In this document: positions 63,101 to 64,000 of the stretch, in pieces
Layout: every line of letters begins with the position of its first letter
Numbering within the stretch: position 1 is the stretch's first letter
Source of the DNA: Catajapyx aquilonaris
Taxonomy: Eukaryota
Direction: 5' to 3'
Assembly: GCA_000934665.2 (NCBI GenBank)
Contig: KZ538490.1
Location: 1-64,000, forward strand
DNA: 64,000 nt
The notes under the pieces: model-generated
What the model saw: the letters and a program-made list of their open reading frames with translations, nothing else
Told to the model about the DNA's origin: nothing
Databases searched by the model: none
Translations under genes and position numbers: made by a program

Positions 63101-64000
63101 GTACTGATTGAAAGAGCTGGGTTCCCCTTTTCCCCCAGACCCGACCCGCATGCAGCCGGAGCCTATTTGCGGGACTAATAGGTCTATACTTATAAGTGAG
63201 CATAACCGAAACAGGCGATTGATTTCTAATTTCCTGCCCGTCGCGTCAGAGTCCACGCCTATTTCGAAATGTTTGTTGGGGAAATGGCGAGGACGAGAGT
63301 GGCAAGCGGGTGTTGCGAAAGGTGATGCCATGTTTTCTAAGAACACCCTTCAAACCTCATATCTTGTCATGTGCCGGTACAGAGTGAGAGAAAAATCGGC
63401 GTATCTCTGCTATTTTTTTTTCTTTTTTTGGAGAGGGGAAGTCGCTGCCCTGCAGGAGATGAAGGAAATGCCGTTCGTGACGTTCACTGTTTGTTAATAT
63501 GATTTGTTAGCCATTCACACAGTTTAATAGGGTGAATTATGCGTTGGGGCCCAATCATTTCCGTTCGATGGCAATAGCGTCCAGAGGAATTCCCATTATC
63601 TTATAAATGTACGAGGGGAGGGGGTCCCCCTTTCCGAAAATTTTGAGCTCCACGTGGCGGATTTAGGTTGAAACAAGTTGTTTTCTACGTGCAGAATTTT
63701 CTCGAATGATTTATTTTTACCATGGTTTATGTAGTTGAAATTGCGCCATATTAGGCTTGTGGCTGAATTTCATTATGGCGAAATTATTTTAGCAGGCGAT
63801 TTTAGTCATATTTTATTCAGATTCCGGACCGGAAATATTGTAAGGGTTGAGCCAAACCGAGTGGATTGTATTTAAGTTTTATAGAGGGAAATGTTATCAA
63901 GACAATTTAGAATAATTTTTTATTTAATTAGATTGATTTGGTGTATCTATAAAAATTAAAGGCGCAATTACAAATGCCACTCTTTTTATTTATAGGGGAG

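Larger units (their letters stand above)
8324..64000 (+). other. Intron following the CUT exon (>55 kb, apparently continues beyond the window)
   Basis: GT donor at 8324 right after ...RLA, the usual ONECUT intron position between CUT and homeodomain. No CKRKE linker or KKPRLVFT homeodomain sequence seen by eye or in the ORF track. Small exons cannot be excluded. Confidence 0.8.

Noticed and set aside
8906..63497. Numerous 60-195 aa ORFs in the intron on both strands
   Set aside because: No recognisable domains; many start at TTG/GTG or are translations of G-runs, GA repeats or Ns, as expected by chance.
1..64000. tRNA, rRNA, tRNA-derived SINE, CRISPR array or prokaryotic operon
   Set aside because: No paired A/B boxes, cloverleaf, rRNA motifs, repeat-spacer arrays or gene-dense organisation seen by manual reading.

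Overview
Eukaryotic (animal, most likely arthropod) genomic DNA, not prokaryotic. The only coding sequence I can support is the large first coding exon (~6256-8323, + strand) of a ONECUT/HNF6-class transcription factor. It has a low-complexity N-terminus, the conserved TP box (YATLTPLQPLPPISTMSDKF...GNVSGSFT) and a complete CUT domain, and ends at a phase-1 GT donor. I did not find the homeodomain exon, so the remaining ~55.7 kb appears to be one very long intron. That intron holds several small inverted-repeat (MITE-like) elements, microsatellites, sense-strand G-runs, many enhancer-like motif clusters and a 278-nt assembly gap. I found no new protein-coding system, CRISPR array or structural RNA gene. 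The most interesting signals are: a strong candidate recursive splice site (CAG|GTAAGA at 47314/47315); a perfect 43-bp hairpin ~440 nt upstream of it; abundant Tc1/mariner-type TACAGTA/TACTGTA footprints; out-of-frame opa-like (CAG/CAA) repeats in the exon; and RFX X-box, P3 and Onecut-type motif clusters. All regulatory and splicing calls are motif-based inferences from manual reading and need testing.
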